DNA of 64,000 nucleotides from Camelus dromedarius (Eukaryota). This document shows positions 12,987 through 25,626 of the stretch, piece after piece. Numbering within the stretch: position 1 is the first letter of the stretch; every line of letters starts with the position of its first letter. A program made the position numbers and the translations under genes. Below the pieces are notes generated by a model. It had not been told where the DNA came from. It saw only the letters and a program-made list of their open reading frames with translations, and did not search any database. Location of the stretch: the NCBI RefSeq assembly GCF_036321535.1, contig NC_087436.1, positions 85,066,001-85,130,000 on the forward strand, given 5' to 3'.

Positions 12987-13107
12987 GATCCAAATGAAGA
13001 TACAGAGTGGAATGAAATTTTAAGAGATTTTGGCATTCTTCCTCCAAAAGAAGAGCCAAAAGATGAAATTGAAGAAATGGTTTTACATTTGCAGAAGGAA
13101 GCAATGG
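12987..13107 (+). CDS. PDCL2: PDCL2 exon 2 (121 nt): DPNEDTEWNEILRDFGILPPKEEPKDEIEEMVLHLQKEAM
   Basis: Acceptor ttttttaatatag|GAT and donor ATGG|gtatag. The translation carries the phosducin-like 2/3 N-terminal motif DTEWNxILRxxGILPPK. Confidence 0.97.
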
Positions 13108-13674
13108 GTATAGTTGTGTATTTGGTGGGCTGGATGAAAGGAATAATACAGTTATAATAGTGATAGTGCATTTCATGAACTTAGAGAGAAGACATTAGAA
13201 ATACTTTAATATAAATCCCACCCGTACTTTTGAAATTAGGATGCTGGCACCTAAAATTCCTAATTCATGTGTTGAAAATTACATGCTAGTTAATATCAGA
13301 GCCGACATGCCCTGGTATCTAACCTAGTGGGGTTTCTCTACCTTGTGATTACCTCTATTTTGATCATTCTATATAGGATGTATTACTTGTCAAGGTTTCC
13401 AGGTACTTGGGAAAATTAAATTTGTAAAGCCTAATTGATTTTTGCATCTATTTTAAATGTAGTCTGATAGTTCTGTGAACTCTGAGGGACTAAATAACAC
13501 TTTAAACAACCTGAAGCAGTCAGCCACAATATAGCTTTGTTTGTTGGAGAAACTGCAAAATTAAAGATATTCTTGATCTCCATTTATGTAATATATTGTT
13601 TTTTCTAGACATGTGACTATAAAGTAAAATTAGTTTTTAAATAACTGAATTATCTACAATTTATTTTGTTTTAG

Positions 13675-13765
13675 TTAAACCATATGAAAAGATGACTCTT
13701 GCACAGTTGAAGGAAGCAGAAGATGAATTTGATGATGAAGATTTGAAAGCCATTGAAATATATAG
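13675..13765 (+). CDS. PDCL2: PDCL2 exon 3 (91 nt): (V)KPYEKMTLAQLKEAEDEFDDEDLKAIEIY(R)
   Basis: Acceptor ttttgttttag|TT and donor ATAG|gtacag. Phase 1 in and phase 2 out match the neighbouring exons. Confidence 0.97.
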
Positions 13766-14089
13766 GTACAGTGATTTATTTGGATAATTTATGAGTTTTT
13801 GAATGAAATATTGTAAGAATGAAATAAGAAAAAGCCCTATTTTGTCTATAGAATATATTTTAAAAAGAACAAAACTAATTTTTAAGTAATATTTTAAAAC
13901 TAACTCACTTTATGTAAGATGGATTTTTTTCCTGATCTTTTTGCCTTGGCTTAAACAAAAAACTCTTCAATAATATATAGCAGAACTTTATCAAGTTACA
14001 TATGCATAAAGTAGAAAATATCAATAGAAGGCCAGTAAAAAGAGGGCCATGATTTTCCTTTTAGCATGATGTATGTCAAGAGTTTCTGT

Positions 14090-17000
14090 CATTTAATGAA
14101 TAATTAATTATCAATCATAAACAAATTCTTTCAGAAATTAGAACAAGTGCATAGATTTCCCAACTTATCCTGATACTAAAGACAGAATGCTACAGAAAAA
14201 TATCTCTTATGAATGTAAGCATAAAAATTTTTAAACAAAATATTAGCAAATTAAGTCTAGCAATTAAAAAAAAAAGAATAATACATCCAGATCAAGTGAG
14301 ATTGGTCCCAGGAATCCAAGGTAGATTTAACGTGAAAAAAATCAGTTTATTGGGTTAGAAGCAGCTATCCTCTGGTAGCAAGGAGTACACCCAGCACTCA
14401 GTTATTGTTTCATATTACTGTTCTCCGACAAAAGGAGCCAGTGTTCCTTAGAGGACTGCTTTATTCCACAGTGAGAGTTGAAAAAGAAGAGTATGAGCCT
14501 GGGGCATTTTGTGGTATCTGAAAGTTAAGGAAGTGCTAAAAAAATTTTTTTAAGGCACAGGAGCCAAACAAAAAGATATTACAATGGCCAGAGTTAGAAC
14601 AGTTTGAACAACAAAATAAATAATTGTAATATGGGATTATAAAAATAATAATTATCCTTGAGCCCAAAGTGATATAGATAAGTAAATGAATATATAAACA
14701 AATTCACTTCTTCTTCACTGAAGATTTCTGATTAATAAGTGTAGATGGAATGAGAAAAATAGAAAAATGACCATCAGAACACCACAGTAATAATACCTTA
14801 TGGACAAGATCTGCTGATAGATGCTAAAATGAGTGGGTGAAAGTTTAAATAGAAACAGGATATTTGCATAATCTCAAAGTATCACTCCCAAATATTTAGT
14901 AATTATAAAGGAGGAAATAGTAAGTTTACAGTGTAGATTTTGGCAGACCCTGTCTTTAGGAAGTGACCAAGATTAATATCACCAATAAAACATGTTGACA
15001 TCAAATGACTCCTAATATGATGTAATGAGGACACATCAGCTCTATGTTACCCTTGTCAAAAATGCATAGCCTCAATTTAATCATAAGATACATCAGAGAA
15101 ACCCAAATTTGAGAGATTTTCTAACAAAAACTGGCCAGGTTGATACCAGGAGAAATGGCAGAGGTAGAAAGCTCCAGGAATCCATCTCTCCACGTAGGCA
15201 ACACTGTACTTGCAGAAACTGTCTGAACTAATGGCTTTGAAACTCTGGAGTCTATTTGAATACTTGCAGGATGAAGCTTGGCTGATAAATTGCAGTTAGT
15301 ATTGGTTGATTTCAATCCTTATTCCCCCATCCCCAAGGCAGGCAGCTGTTTCAACAGCAACCTGTGTTTCTGGCACAGCTTGCTGGAGCCAGGGTAGGCA
15401 ATGAGAACTTTGTCCTCAAATATCAAGATTCTGTGTTCTGATTGCAGATTTTTGCTTCTGAATGCAGAGGTGCAGGCACAGAGAGCAGCAGCCATTGTGT
15501 CAACCCTCACTGGCTCAAGTGGCTTCCAAGGGACTTTAAGGAGCTTTATCTGTGTTTTGCTTCTGGTTGGTTTTTTTGTTTGTTTTTTTGTTTTTTGTTT
15601 TTTGTTTTTTTTTTAGATTTTGGATATACATTTTGAACAACCATATATATGGGGGGAATTTAGAAAGCCTTGGGAAAGGTGGAGGCTCAGAAAAGACCTA
15701 AGAAGACCTTATGCTTTCATCTCAGGCTGATCCCTGATGCAGGCACACCCTATTAAAAAAAAAAAAAATGGGGCAGGAGAAGAATCTGATTTCCAGAGTT
15801 ATCAGTTATAAGAATCAAATGTTTTTCATTGAAAAATCACAAGGCATAAAAAGAAACAGGGAAGTATGACCCTTTTAAAGGAACAAAATAAATCAACACA
15901 AAATATACTGGGAAAGCCAATATGTCAGACTTACCAGACAAAAACTTTAAGGCAACTTAGTTAAAAATGTACAAAGAGCTAAAGGAAGCCATGGACAAAG
16001 ACAAGAAAACATCATATGAAGAAAATGAGAATAGCAATAAAGAGATAGAAATTATTAAAAGGAACCAAAAAGGCATTCTGAAACTAAAAAGTACAATAGT
16101 TGTCTTAAAATATACACTAAAGGGCTTCTAAAGCAGATTTGAACCAGCAGAAGAAAGAGATAATTTGAAGATAGGACAATTGAAAGTATTGAGTCTAAGA
16201 AACAGAAAGAAAAAATAATGAAGAACACTGAGCAAAGCCTAATTGGCCTTGTGGTACATTTTTGGTGAACTAGCTAGCATACGGGAGTCCCAGCAGAAAG
16301 AAAATGAGAGAGGCAGAAAGATTATTTGTGGAAACAGTGACTGAAAACTTCCCAAATTTAACAAAAGATAAATCTGCAAATCCAGGGTGCTCAATGGACT
16401 CCCAGCAGGATAAACTCAGAGACCCACACAAAGATGCATCCCTTAAAATAAGACTTTCAGCCAGTTTCTCATCAGAAATGTTGGAGGCTGCAAGAAAGAA
16501 AGAAAAAAAAAACTGTCAACCAAGAATTCCATATCTGAAAAAACTATGCTATAAGAATGAAGGAGAAATTAAGACATTCCTAGATAAAATCTAAGTGAAC
16601 TTGTTACTACTAGACTTGTACTGAAAATTAGCTAAAGGAGTCCTTTAGGCTGTAATTACAAGATACTAGACAGTAACTCAAAATTATGTAAAGAATAAAT
16701 AACATAGGTAAAGGTAACAATATAGGTAAATATAAAAGCCAATATTACTGTACTTTTGGTTTTTAACTTCCTTTTTTCATATGATTTAAAGGGCAAATTC
16801 ATAAAACAGTAATTATAAATTGATGTTAGTAGACACACCATATATAACAATGTAGTCTGTAACAATAACAATATAAAGAGGGAAGGATGGAGATGTACAA
16901 GAGCAGTGTTTGTATGCTGTTTAAGCTAAGTTGGTATTATTCACAGTGGGTTATTGTAAGATACTAATTTTAATAAATCCTCACTAAGAAAAAACTAAAA

Positions 17001-20000
17001 GAATATAGAAAAGGGAAGCAAAATGGAGTATCACAAAAATCAACTAGAATATGGAAATACAAAAAGAAGCAATGATGAAATAATTGAGGAACAAAAAGCA
17101 TATAAGGCATAGAAATACAGAAAATAACTAAATGGCAGAAATCAGTCCTTCTTTTTCAGTAATTACTTTGTTGTTTCAGTTCTAGCATGTTGATAGTGAT
17201 GCTGTATGCTAGGAATGCCTGAGGTGCTCACCTGGGCCTATGTGACTCATAGCTGTGGCTGGACTGATTATTGTGACTCTTACTATGATTTTAGGATGCA
17301 CTTCAGCAAGAAACTGTCAGGGAAGTTTGAGGAACAAGATTTATTCGTCACAAGTCCTGAAGAATACACAATGTGCCTGAGAGCCACTCAGCCAGGTCTT
17401 AGAGAGAGGGAGGAGGGCTGTACCTTTATTAAGGTCCATTGATGGGATATCTAGGTTTCATGGGTTCACTCTTTCTTGGCTAGTTTAGAGCAGAAGAGCT
17501 GGAATTAGGGCACAGGAAGGGAGAAGAGGGGTCACTCAAGTGGTCATTTATCTAGGTTATGAAGGGCTCTCTGAAAGAAAGCGTTTTCACGGGTGGGGAA
17601 GCCTAATTCTTTATCTGGTTGTTTTGCTAGTAGCTGTGTCATACAGTTGGCAATATGGTTTCAAGGAGGATGGGTGTCTTTTGAAATGAATGCCTCAGTA
17701 ATCAAAAGCTTAATGTCAGACACTTACATTACATACTTTAAATGTAAATGGATTTTAAATTACTCCAATTAATCTCCAATTAAAGGCAGAAATTGGCAGA
17801 ATGAATAAAAAGAAACACATCCAGATCCTGGAAACCAAGTAATTTGAGAAAGATCAAAATTGGAGGACTAACACTTCCAGATTTCAAAACTTACTACAAA
17901 GCAGCAGTAATCAAAACAGTGTTATAGTGACATAAGGATAGATATACAGACTGAAGGAATAGAGTAGAGAGACCAGGAAGAAACCATCTCATATACAGTC
18001 AGATGATTTTCAGCAAGGGTGTCAAGACCATTCAGTGGGGAAAGAACAATCTTTTCAACCAATGGTCTAGGAAAACTGGATATCCACATGCAGAAGAATA
18101 AAGTTGGACTCCTACTTCACATTATGTACAAAGGTTAACTCAAAATAGATCAAAGACCCAAATGTAGGAACTAAGACTATAAAACTCTTCAAACAAAACA
18201 CAGTGAGAAATGTCCATGACCTTGGATGTGGAAATGATTTCTTGGATATGACACCAAAAACAGGCAACAAAGGGAAAAAAATAGATAAATTGGACTTCAT
18301 CAAAATTTAAAATATTTGTGCATCAAAGGACACTATCAAGAGAGTGAAAACACATCCTGCAGAATGGGAGAAATTATTCGGAAATTATATATATGATAAG
18401 GGATTACTAACCAGAATATATAAAGAATGTATAAAATATGTATAAAGAACTTCTAAAATTCAACAACCAAAAAACTAAATAATCCAATTTAAAAACATTC
18501 AAAGGGCTTGACATTTTCCCAAAGAAGGTATACAAATAGAAAATAAGCACATGAAAAGATGCTTAATATCATTAGTCATTAGGGAAATGCAAATCAAAAC
18601 CACAATGTGATTCCACTTCTCTCCCACTAGGGTGGTTATAGTAAAGGAAAATAACAAAAGTGTTGGTGAGCAGGTGGAGAATTTGGAACAGTCATACATT
18701 GCTGTTGGGAATGTAAAATGGTGCACTGCTTTGAACAGTCTAGAATTTCCTCCAATGTTAAACATAAAATTACCATGATCCAGCAATTCCACCCCTAGTT
18801 ATATATACCCAAGAGAATTGAGAACACAAAATGTGTACGTGAATGTTCATACCAGCAGTACTCACAGTAGCCAGAAATACAAAGAAACTTACTGGCCATC
18901 ACCTGGTGAGTGGATAAACAAAATGTAGTATATTCATACAATGGAATATTATTCAGCCATGTAAAGACATGATGAACTGACATATGCTACAACAGGACTG
19001 AACCCTGTAAATATTATGCTAAGTGGAAGAAGCCAGTGACAAAAGGTCACATCTTATATGATTCTATATATATGAAAAATCCAGAATAGGAAAATTTGTG
19101 AGACAGAAAGCAGATTATTAATTTCCAGGGCCTGAGAGGGAGGACGAGGGAGTAACTGTAAATGGATATAGGGTTTCTTTTGGGGCAATAAAAAAAATTC
19201 TGGAATTAGTGGTTATAGATACACAACTTCATGAATATTTTAAAAATCACTGAATAATATACTTTAAATAGTTTAATTTTATTGTATATGAATTATATTA
19301 CAGCTTAAAACTAAAGATTGTGGAGAAATTGATATGATCACTTTGGAAAATAGTTTGGCAGTTTCTTCTAAAGTTACATATACATTTAACATATAACCCA
19401 GTTACATTCAGTTATATTCCTGAATATTTACTTGAGATAATTGAAAGTATAAATCAATACAAAGACTTGTACATGAATATTCAGAATAGCCAGAAACTGG
19501 AAACAACCCGAAAGTCCATCAATAAGATGACTAAAGTAAAGTAAATGAATAAACAAATTGTAATGTATTCATGAAATGGAATACTACTCTGTAAGAAAGT
19601 AATCAAACTACTGATACATACAATAACTTTGGTGAAATTAAAAAATGTTATACTGAATTAAAGAAGCCAGACACAGGAGAAAATTTAATATATTATCATA
19701 TACATCATTTTTAAAATATGATTTTTAATGAAAAAATAATTTCTGAAATAGACTCAATAAGAGATAGAAAAATATAATTGAGAAGAGTACCTGTGTCTTA
19801 AAATTTGTTGTGTAGCTGATTTTTCTCTACTTTTCAAGGTATAGATATTTCTGTTTTTAGAGGGATGGCAAGCTTACTAATTTACTACATGTAACATTGT
19901 TGTATTATTGATAATATGATACTATTATCATAATCAGACAAGGCTAGTACTTAAGTTGGTTAGTCAAAGTAATCACCTAGCATCATTATGAAAAATTTAG

Positions 20001-20600
20001 ATTTCTTGTGTGAATTGATTTCATGATAGTGAATTAAGCTAAATTCAGGCTGTGGGAAAGTTTGGACAAGCAATCTGGTTTCCTTCATCAAAGAAATTTC
20101 TAGGGGAAAAACAGATAGAAAAGAATCTGTGTATTAAATGAGATTTTAGAGATATAATAGCCACTCTATAAATCTAATTTAGATCCGCATTTGAATAAAT
20201 AAACTTAAAAACTGGAGAACTTAACTCTTAAAAATGGTTAACATGGTAAATTTTATGTATATTTTACCACAATTAAGTAAAGTTATTAAATGGATAATAG
20301 GATTATTTGAACAATATCTGAATATATTAAGGAATTGCCATTGTTTTAGGTATGATTATGCTGTATGAATTAAATTTTTTAAAACATTCTCATCTTTTAG
20401 AGATGTATTATGAAATATTTACAGATGAAATGACATGATGTCCTATATTTGTTTCAGAAGGGCCCTTGAAAGGGGGAGCTAATGGGGTTAGCCATGAAAG
20501 AAGATTGACCATGAATAGAAATTATTGATGGAAGATGCATACATCTGGGATCTCTTAACTACTGTAAATGTTAATAAACGTCCATTATATAAAGTTAAAA
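14090..20600 (+). mobile_element. L1 cluster in PDCL2 intron 3: an L1MC-like 3' part hosting an internally deleted L1 (about 15140-19310)
   Basis: ORF1 remnants (ORF track 16304..16594, 'KNEGEIKTFLDK') and the ORF2 start near 17740 are followed by a jump to the ORF2 end at about 17830 (ggaggactaacacttccagatttcaaaacttactacaaagc). The 3' UTR runs to about 19310. Confidence 0.75.
17169..17733 (-). mobile_element. Solo LTR, 565 bp (ERVL class by TSD length; family and orientation uncertain)
   Basis: TG...CA termini and a perfect 5-bp TSD TACTT (17164-17168 and 17734-17738). It interrupts the L1 motif gtaattactttaaatgtaaatgg. Confidence 0.8.
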
Positions 20601-21589
20601 ATGCATATTCCTGAGACCAGCACTAAGAGTTAATATTACTGAACTTCAGGTTGAGTCTCAGGAATATGCACATCTGTGGAACCTGCCATTCTCAAGTGAT
20701 TCTCATATAGGATGTCCGCATGCCTCAACTTGATAAATACTGCTTTAGATCAATATCACTCTTGAAACATAGATGCAAAAATCTTAAAAGAAATATTAAC
20801 AAGTAAAGAGTATTTTAAAATAATCAGATACAGTGAATTATTAGGGTTTTTCAAAGTATGCAAGTGTTGTACAGTGATCACCAACCTACTGATGTAATCA
20901 TTTATGTCAGCAGAATTTATTAAGATAATCAATGCTATCTGCTGGAACAAACAGCTAGAAGATCTGTGGTTTCACACAGGGAAGTTCCTCACTCACAGGG
21001 GATGTATGTCTTATAATTCTTCTGGGCAGCTCTCCTCCAGGTGATGACTAGGGATCTGGGCTCTTTTCATGTGGAGCTTCATCAGCTCAGAATCCTTTAC
21101 GTCCAGGCTTGCAGACCAGGAAGACAATATGAAAGATGGGGTGGGACATTTCAGGGATAAGTCATAGAAATGCACATACCTTTTTCACTATGTTCCACTG
21201 GACGGAATCCAGTCTAATGGCCCTAATCTAACTGCAAGGGAAGCTGGCAAATGCAGTCTTCTTGTGAGTCCTGGAAGAAGCTGTGCTGATGACAACCCAA
21301 ATGGTCTCTGCCACAGAGATTAAAGGGAGATATTATACACAGAAGTTCTTTCACTTGTATATTCCACATCAAAAGTACAACTCTAATTGCCATCAAATTC
21401 TGGCATTATTTCAATATCTGTTGTCACTTCGGATCTAAGGAAAAAGGGACCTGTAGCCTTTTAAAATTTTACTTGTCCTTAAGAGAAAATTCTGTAGTCA
21501 TCTTGATATTGCTGATTTAAAGCAAATTCCCCATTTAAATCCAAAACAAAACAGCAACAACAACAAAAAGTTTTAAGACCCCCCCCCCC

Positions 21590-22640
21590 TTTTTTTAAGC
21601 AGTTTTAAGTTCAAAGCAAAATTGACTGGAAGGTATAGATTTCTAATATACCTCTTGTGCCCACACATGCATAGTCTCCCCCATTACCAACATTCCCCAC
21701 CAGAGTGATATATTTGTTATAATTATGAACCTGCATTGATACATCAGAATCACCCAAAGTCCATAATGTGCATTACAGTTCATTCTTGGGTTTGGACGTA
21801 TATTCATTGTTATGGTACCATACAGAGTTTTTTCACTGCCCTAAAAATCCTCCGTGGGTTGCCTATTCATCCCTCTCCCCTGCCAATCCCTTATATATTT
21901 ATTGCCTTTGTGGTTTTGCCTTTCCAGATTGTTATACAGTTGGGATCATATAGCCTTCTCAGATTGGCTTATTTCACTTAGTAATATGCTTTTAAGGTTT
22001 CTCCATGTCTTTCCATGGCTTGACTGCACTTTTTTTTTTAAGCACTGAATAATATTCCATTATCTGGATGTACCACTGTTTATTTATTCATTCACCTAGT
22101 GAAGGACACCTTGGTTGCTTCCAAGTTTTGGCAATTATGAATAAAACTGCTATAAACATCTGTGTGTAGATTTTTGGGTGAATGTAAGTTTTCAGCTCCT
22201 TTGAGTAGATACCAAGGAACTTGATTGCTGGATCATACAGTAAGAGTATATTTCATTTTGTAAAAAAAAAAAAACACTGCCAAACTATCTCCCAAAGTGG
22301 CTGTACCATTTTGCATTCCTACTAGCAATGAATGAGAGTTCCTGTTTCTTCAGTCCCCTCCAGCATTTGGTATTACCAGTGTACCAGATTTTGGCCATTC
22401 TAATAGATGCGTAGTGGTCTCTATTTTAATTAGTGTTTTCCTGATGCCACAGATGTGGAACGTCCTTTTATATGCTCATTTGTCATCATCTATTTCGATG
22501 AAGTGTCTGTTAGGATCTTTAGCCCATTTTTAAAAATCAGATTGTTTTCGTATTGTTGACTTCTTACTTTTTAGAGTTTTTTGTATATTTCAGATAACAA
22601 TTCTTTACTAGATATGTCTTTTGCAAATATTTTCTCCAGT
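21590..22640 (-). mobile_element. L1MC-like 3' end, antisense
   Basis: Reverse complement of the same L1 terminus type seen at 5431-6390 (tctccatgtctttccatggcttga; cagattggcttatttcacttag). Confidence 0.8.
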
Positions 22641-22661
22641 CTTTGCTGAAGAGATAGGTTC

Positions 22662-23147
22662 TGTGAATAAAAAATACTGCAAACCATATCAGTAAATAAA
22701 GAATGCTGAAGTCAGCCACTGCAGCACACTCTCCCCCCCACCCCCCAGCCTCCGAAGACAAGCCTGCAGCCCAGCCTCTGCAGCCACTCACAATGGTGCA
22801 CCCTGAGGGGACTCAGAATAATAAAGGACAAGATACTGGCCCTAGATAGCTAGATGCTTGTCAAAGGAATGAATTCAATGAGCCCAAATGTTTGTTACCT
22901 CCCATACATAGAAAAGCACTAAATTCTTTAACTTGAGATGCCTTTTTTTTCTTAAGATAGCAAATAATCTTTTATTGTTCCAACTACCTGGCCTTTGTTA
23001 AAAAGCTTCTATATATCCTAGCTCCTCCCCTACCTCTTCAGAGCAGTCCCTCAGGGCGATCTGAGAGGCTGTCATCCCGGCTAGAGTCCTCCCACCAAAT
23101 AAAATATAACTCTCAACTTTCAGGATGCGCATTTATTTCAGTCGACA
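22662..23147 (+). mobile_element. ERV1-type solo LTR (486 bp)
   Basis: TG...CA termini, a TATA-like ctatatat (about 23009), AATAAA (about 23098) and the end tttatttcagtcgaca. The 4-bp flanks read gttc/gttt. Confidence 0.7.
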
Positions 23148-23955
23148 GTTTCTAGAGACAATAGTTGTTCCAGCAGTTTTCTGACCCCTAGAGTAGTCTG
23201 ATATTAGGACACTATTGGAACATTAGTTTCAGATTCCCCAGTTTCTGGATTGCAGCAGAGAAAGCTGTTCCCTTGGCAGACCAGTTTTGCAATGTCATTC
23301 TGGGAGTCATTCGTAGTAGCCAAGTCTGGAGCCTCCTCCTTCATCTTTCCATTGAGTTTGTAAAGCCCTTATTTCCTCAGATTAAGCTTCTTGCTGCTTA
23401 AAATAGCTAGAGGGCTTTCTGTTTATGCAACTGAATCCCTACTGATATGATTGTTAGGTGAAAAATGCAGGCCATTGAACACTTTGTCACTTCCTGATGG
23501 CAAAACTAACCCAGGTATGTACGTCTTTCCCTGCCCAATTCCACTGAAAATAACAAAGGAAAATGAGGAAGAGAAGGTGAAGGAGAGGAGGACGAAGAAA
23601 AGTAGTTGATTGCACCATTAAGTGGGGCATTGTGCCATCACTGGAACAAAAACTTTGAAAAATTTGAAAGATATTAAGCCAATGAGATCAAACTGAAGGA
23701 AGTTAATGACAGTGATGCAAAATACTCCAATACAAACAAAATAGGGCTACCCAAAGACTGGAGTATGTGTAAGTTCTGAATATCTGGGCCAGTAAAGGGA
23801 AAATTGAAGGACTTCAGTTTGAGAACAATGAGAGGACCCTAGACTTGGGTTACTATTCTTGACATTCTCCTCTAGGCTTAATTTTGCTTGGATTATTTGT
23901 TATATAAAGTGAGTGGTTTTACTGGACATGTTTCTAATATGGGAAATAAGGACCC

Positions 23956-24527
23956 TGTGGTATTTACTCAAAGGAGCTGAAAACACACCTGAGTGTGTTT
24001 TAAAACACACTCAGAATTTTGTATGTATTCAGGTGAAATCAACAGATCAGGATATAACTGCCATTATTATTCTCAGGTCTCAAGAGTAGGGGCATGCCCC
24101 ACAATGCAGGGCCACAATGGGAAGCACCAGAGTTGGTTAAGAGGCAGGAGGAGTGAGGGGATAACATAGACATGAGCCATTATGTAGTTTCTGTGGGAAA
24201 GACAAGCTAGGCAGGGTAAGCAGGTTTAGGACTGGCAAGTTTGTATGATTTTGGCAGGCTCTGGACTATAGTGTCTATCTCTGGTTGTCTGGTACCTGGC
24301 CCAGGGATGATTTGGTCAGGGGGGTAGGGGCTCAGCCCAATAGAGGAGGTGGCTGAGGGACTGGGCTCTGGATTGGTTGGTTTATATCTGAGGAATGTGC
24401 TCTCTGGTGAGTGTTACCTCTCTTTGGGAATTAGCTTGCTCCTGGGAGGGGCAGCCTCTCCAGGATCAGCAAAGTCCCAGATGCCAGAGGATCAAGAATA
24501 CAGAAAACAGGAAAATATTGTTAATAC
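23956..24527 (-). mobile_element. Old LTR, probably ERVL class (family not determined)
   Basis: GC-elevated block of about 570 bp with LTR-like motifs (gcagggtaagcaggtttaggactggc; ctctggattggttggttt), recognised from recall only. Confidence 0.5.
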
Positions 24528-24727
24528 GCACAGAAGGAAGGGGAGTAAGTGCTCCCAGATAACTTAGAGATACAGAGCAGTAACTTTTTGAGATACTTGT
24601 AGATGTGTCAGAAACCATTTGGATTTACTTCATGAGTTCAAGTATTCAACACCTAAATCAAAGTATGTAAATTTTGAGAGAGTTGTTTAACAAAGTTTTA
24701 AGATTCTCCATAGATGAATAACTAGGT

Positions 24728-25160
24728 AACATTTATTGAACACTCACTGTGTGCTAGGAAATTTACATGTTTACATTTAATCCTGACCAATCCCATGAAA
24801 GTCTGTATTAGTATTATTCACACTGGGGAGAAACTGAAGCTTGAAGAGATTAAATAAGTGGCCCAAGTCCACACTACTGATAAGTGGGAAATGGCATTTA
24901 AACCCAGTTTAGTCTGATATTAGAGTAATCGTTCTTCTCTACCACCTCTCTACCTGCAATAAATTTATAATAAGTAACTATACATATTCACAAAGGCTTT
25001 GAACTGAAACTCAGCATGATAGTTAAGAGCATATAAATGGGGAAAATAATAGTATTAACTTCATAAAGTTTTTCAAGGATTAAATTAGTTAATGTAATGC
25101 ATTTAAAACAGTTCCTGGCAACATAGTAAGTACTCAATAAATGTTAGTTATTATTATTAT
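24728..25160. mobile_element. Two MIR fragments in opposite orientation
   Basis: - strand: ggggagaaactgaagcttgaagagattaaataagtggcccaag. + strand: aaatggggaaaataatagta...cctggcaacatagtaagtactcaataaatgttag. Confidence 0.75.
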
Positions 25161-25482
25161 GTATATTCTCCCTTAATAATGTATATAAGAATTTGTTGGC
25201 CCAATGCCTAAATAAACTATATTGATATGATTAAGACTTAGTATTAAATAAAAATAGTCAATAACTAACTTCTTATACTTTGCAATACCCATGATAATAC
25301 ATATTCCCATATAATAAAGAGAAATTGGCATGATAAGGCCATTAATAGTTATTCTATCATCATTTAAAGTGTTTGATACGTACTAGCATTACATCCATTG
25401 CTCTAAATTGTTATTGCATATGGGAATGGCCTTAAGAATATAACAATTTTCTTATGTAATTTAACTTCATTTTTTTAATTAG

Positions 25483-25626
25483 AGAAAAGCGGTTACAGGA
25501 ATGGAAAGCTCTTAAGAAAAAACAAAAATTTGGGGAATTAAGAGAAATTTCTGGAAATCAGTATGTGAATGAAGTCACAAATGCAGAAAAAGATGTGTGG
25601 GTTATAATTCATCTATACAGATCAAG
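25483..25626 (+). CDS. PDCL2: PDCL2 exon 4 (144 nt): EKRLQEWKALKKKQKFGELREISGNQYVNEVTNAEKDVWVIIHLYRS
   Basis: Acceptor ttttttaattag|A and donor CAAG|gtaatt. Encodes the start of the thioredoxin-like phosducin domain (VWVIIHLY). Confidence 0.97.
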
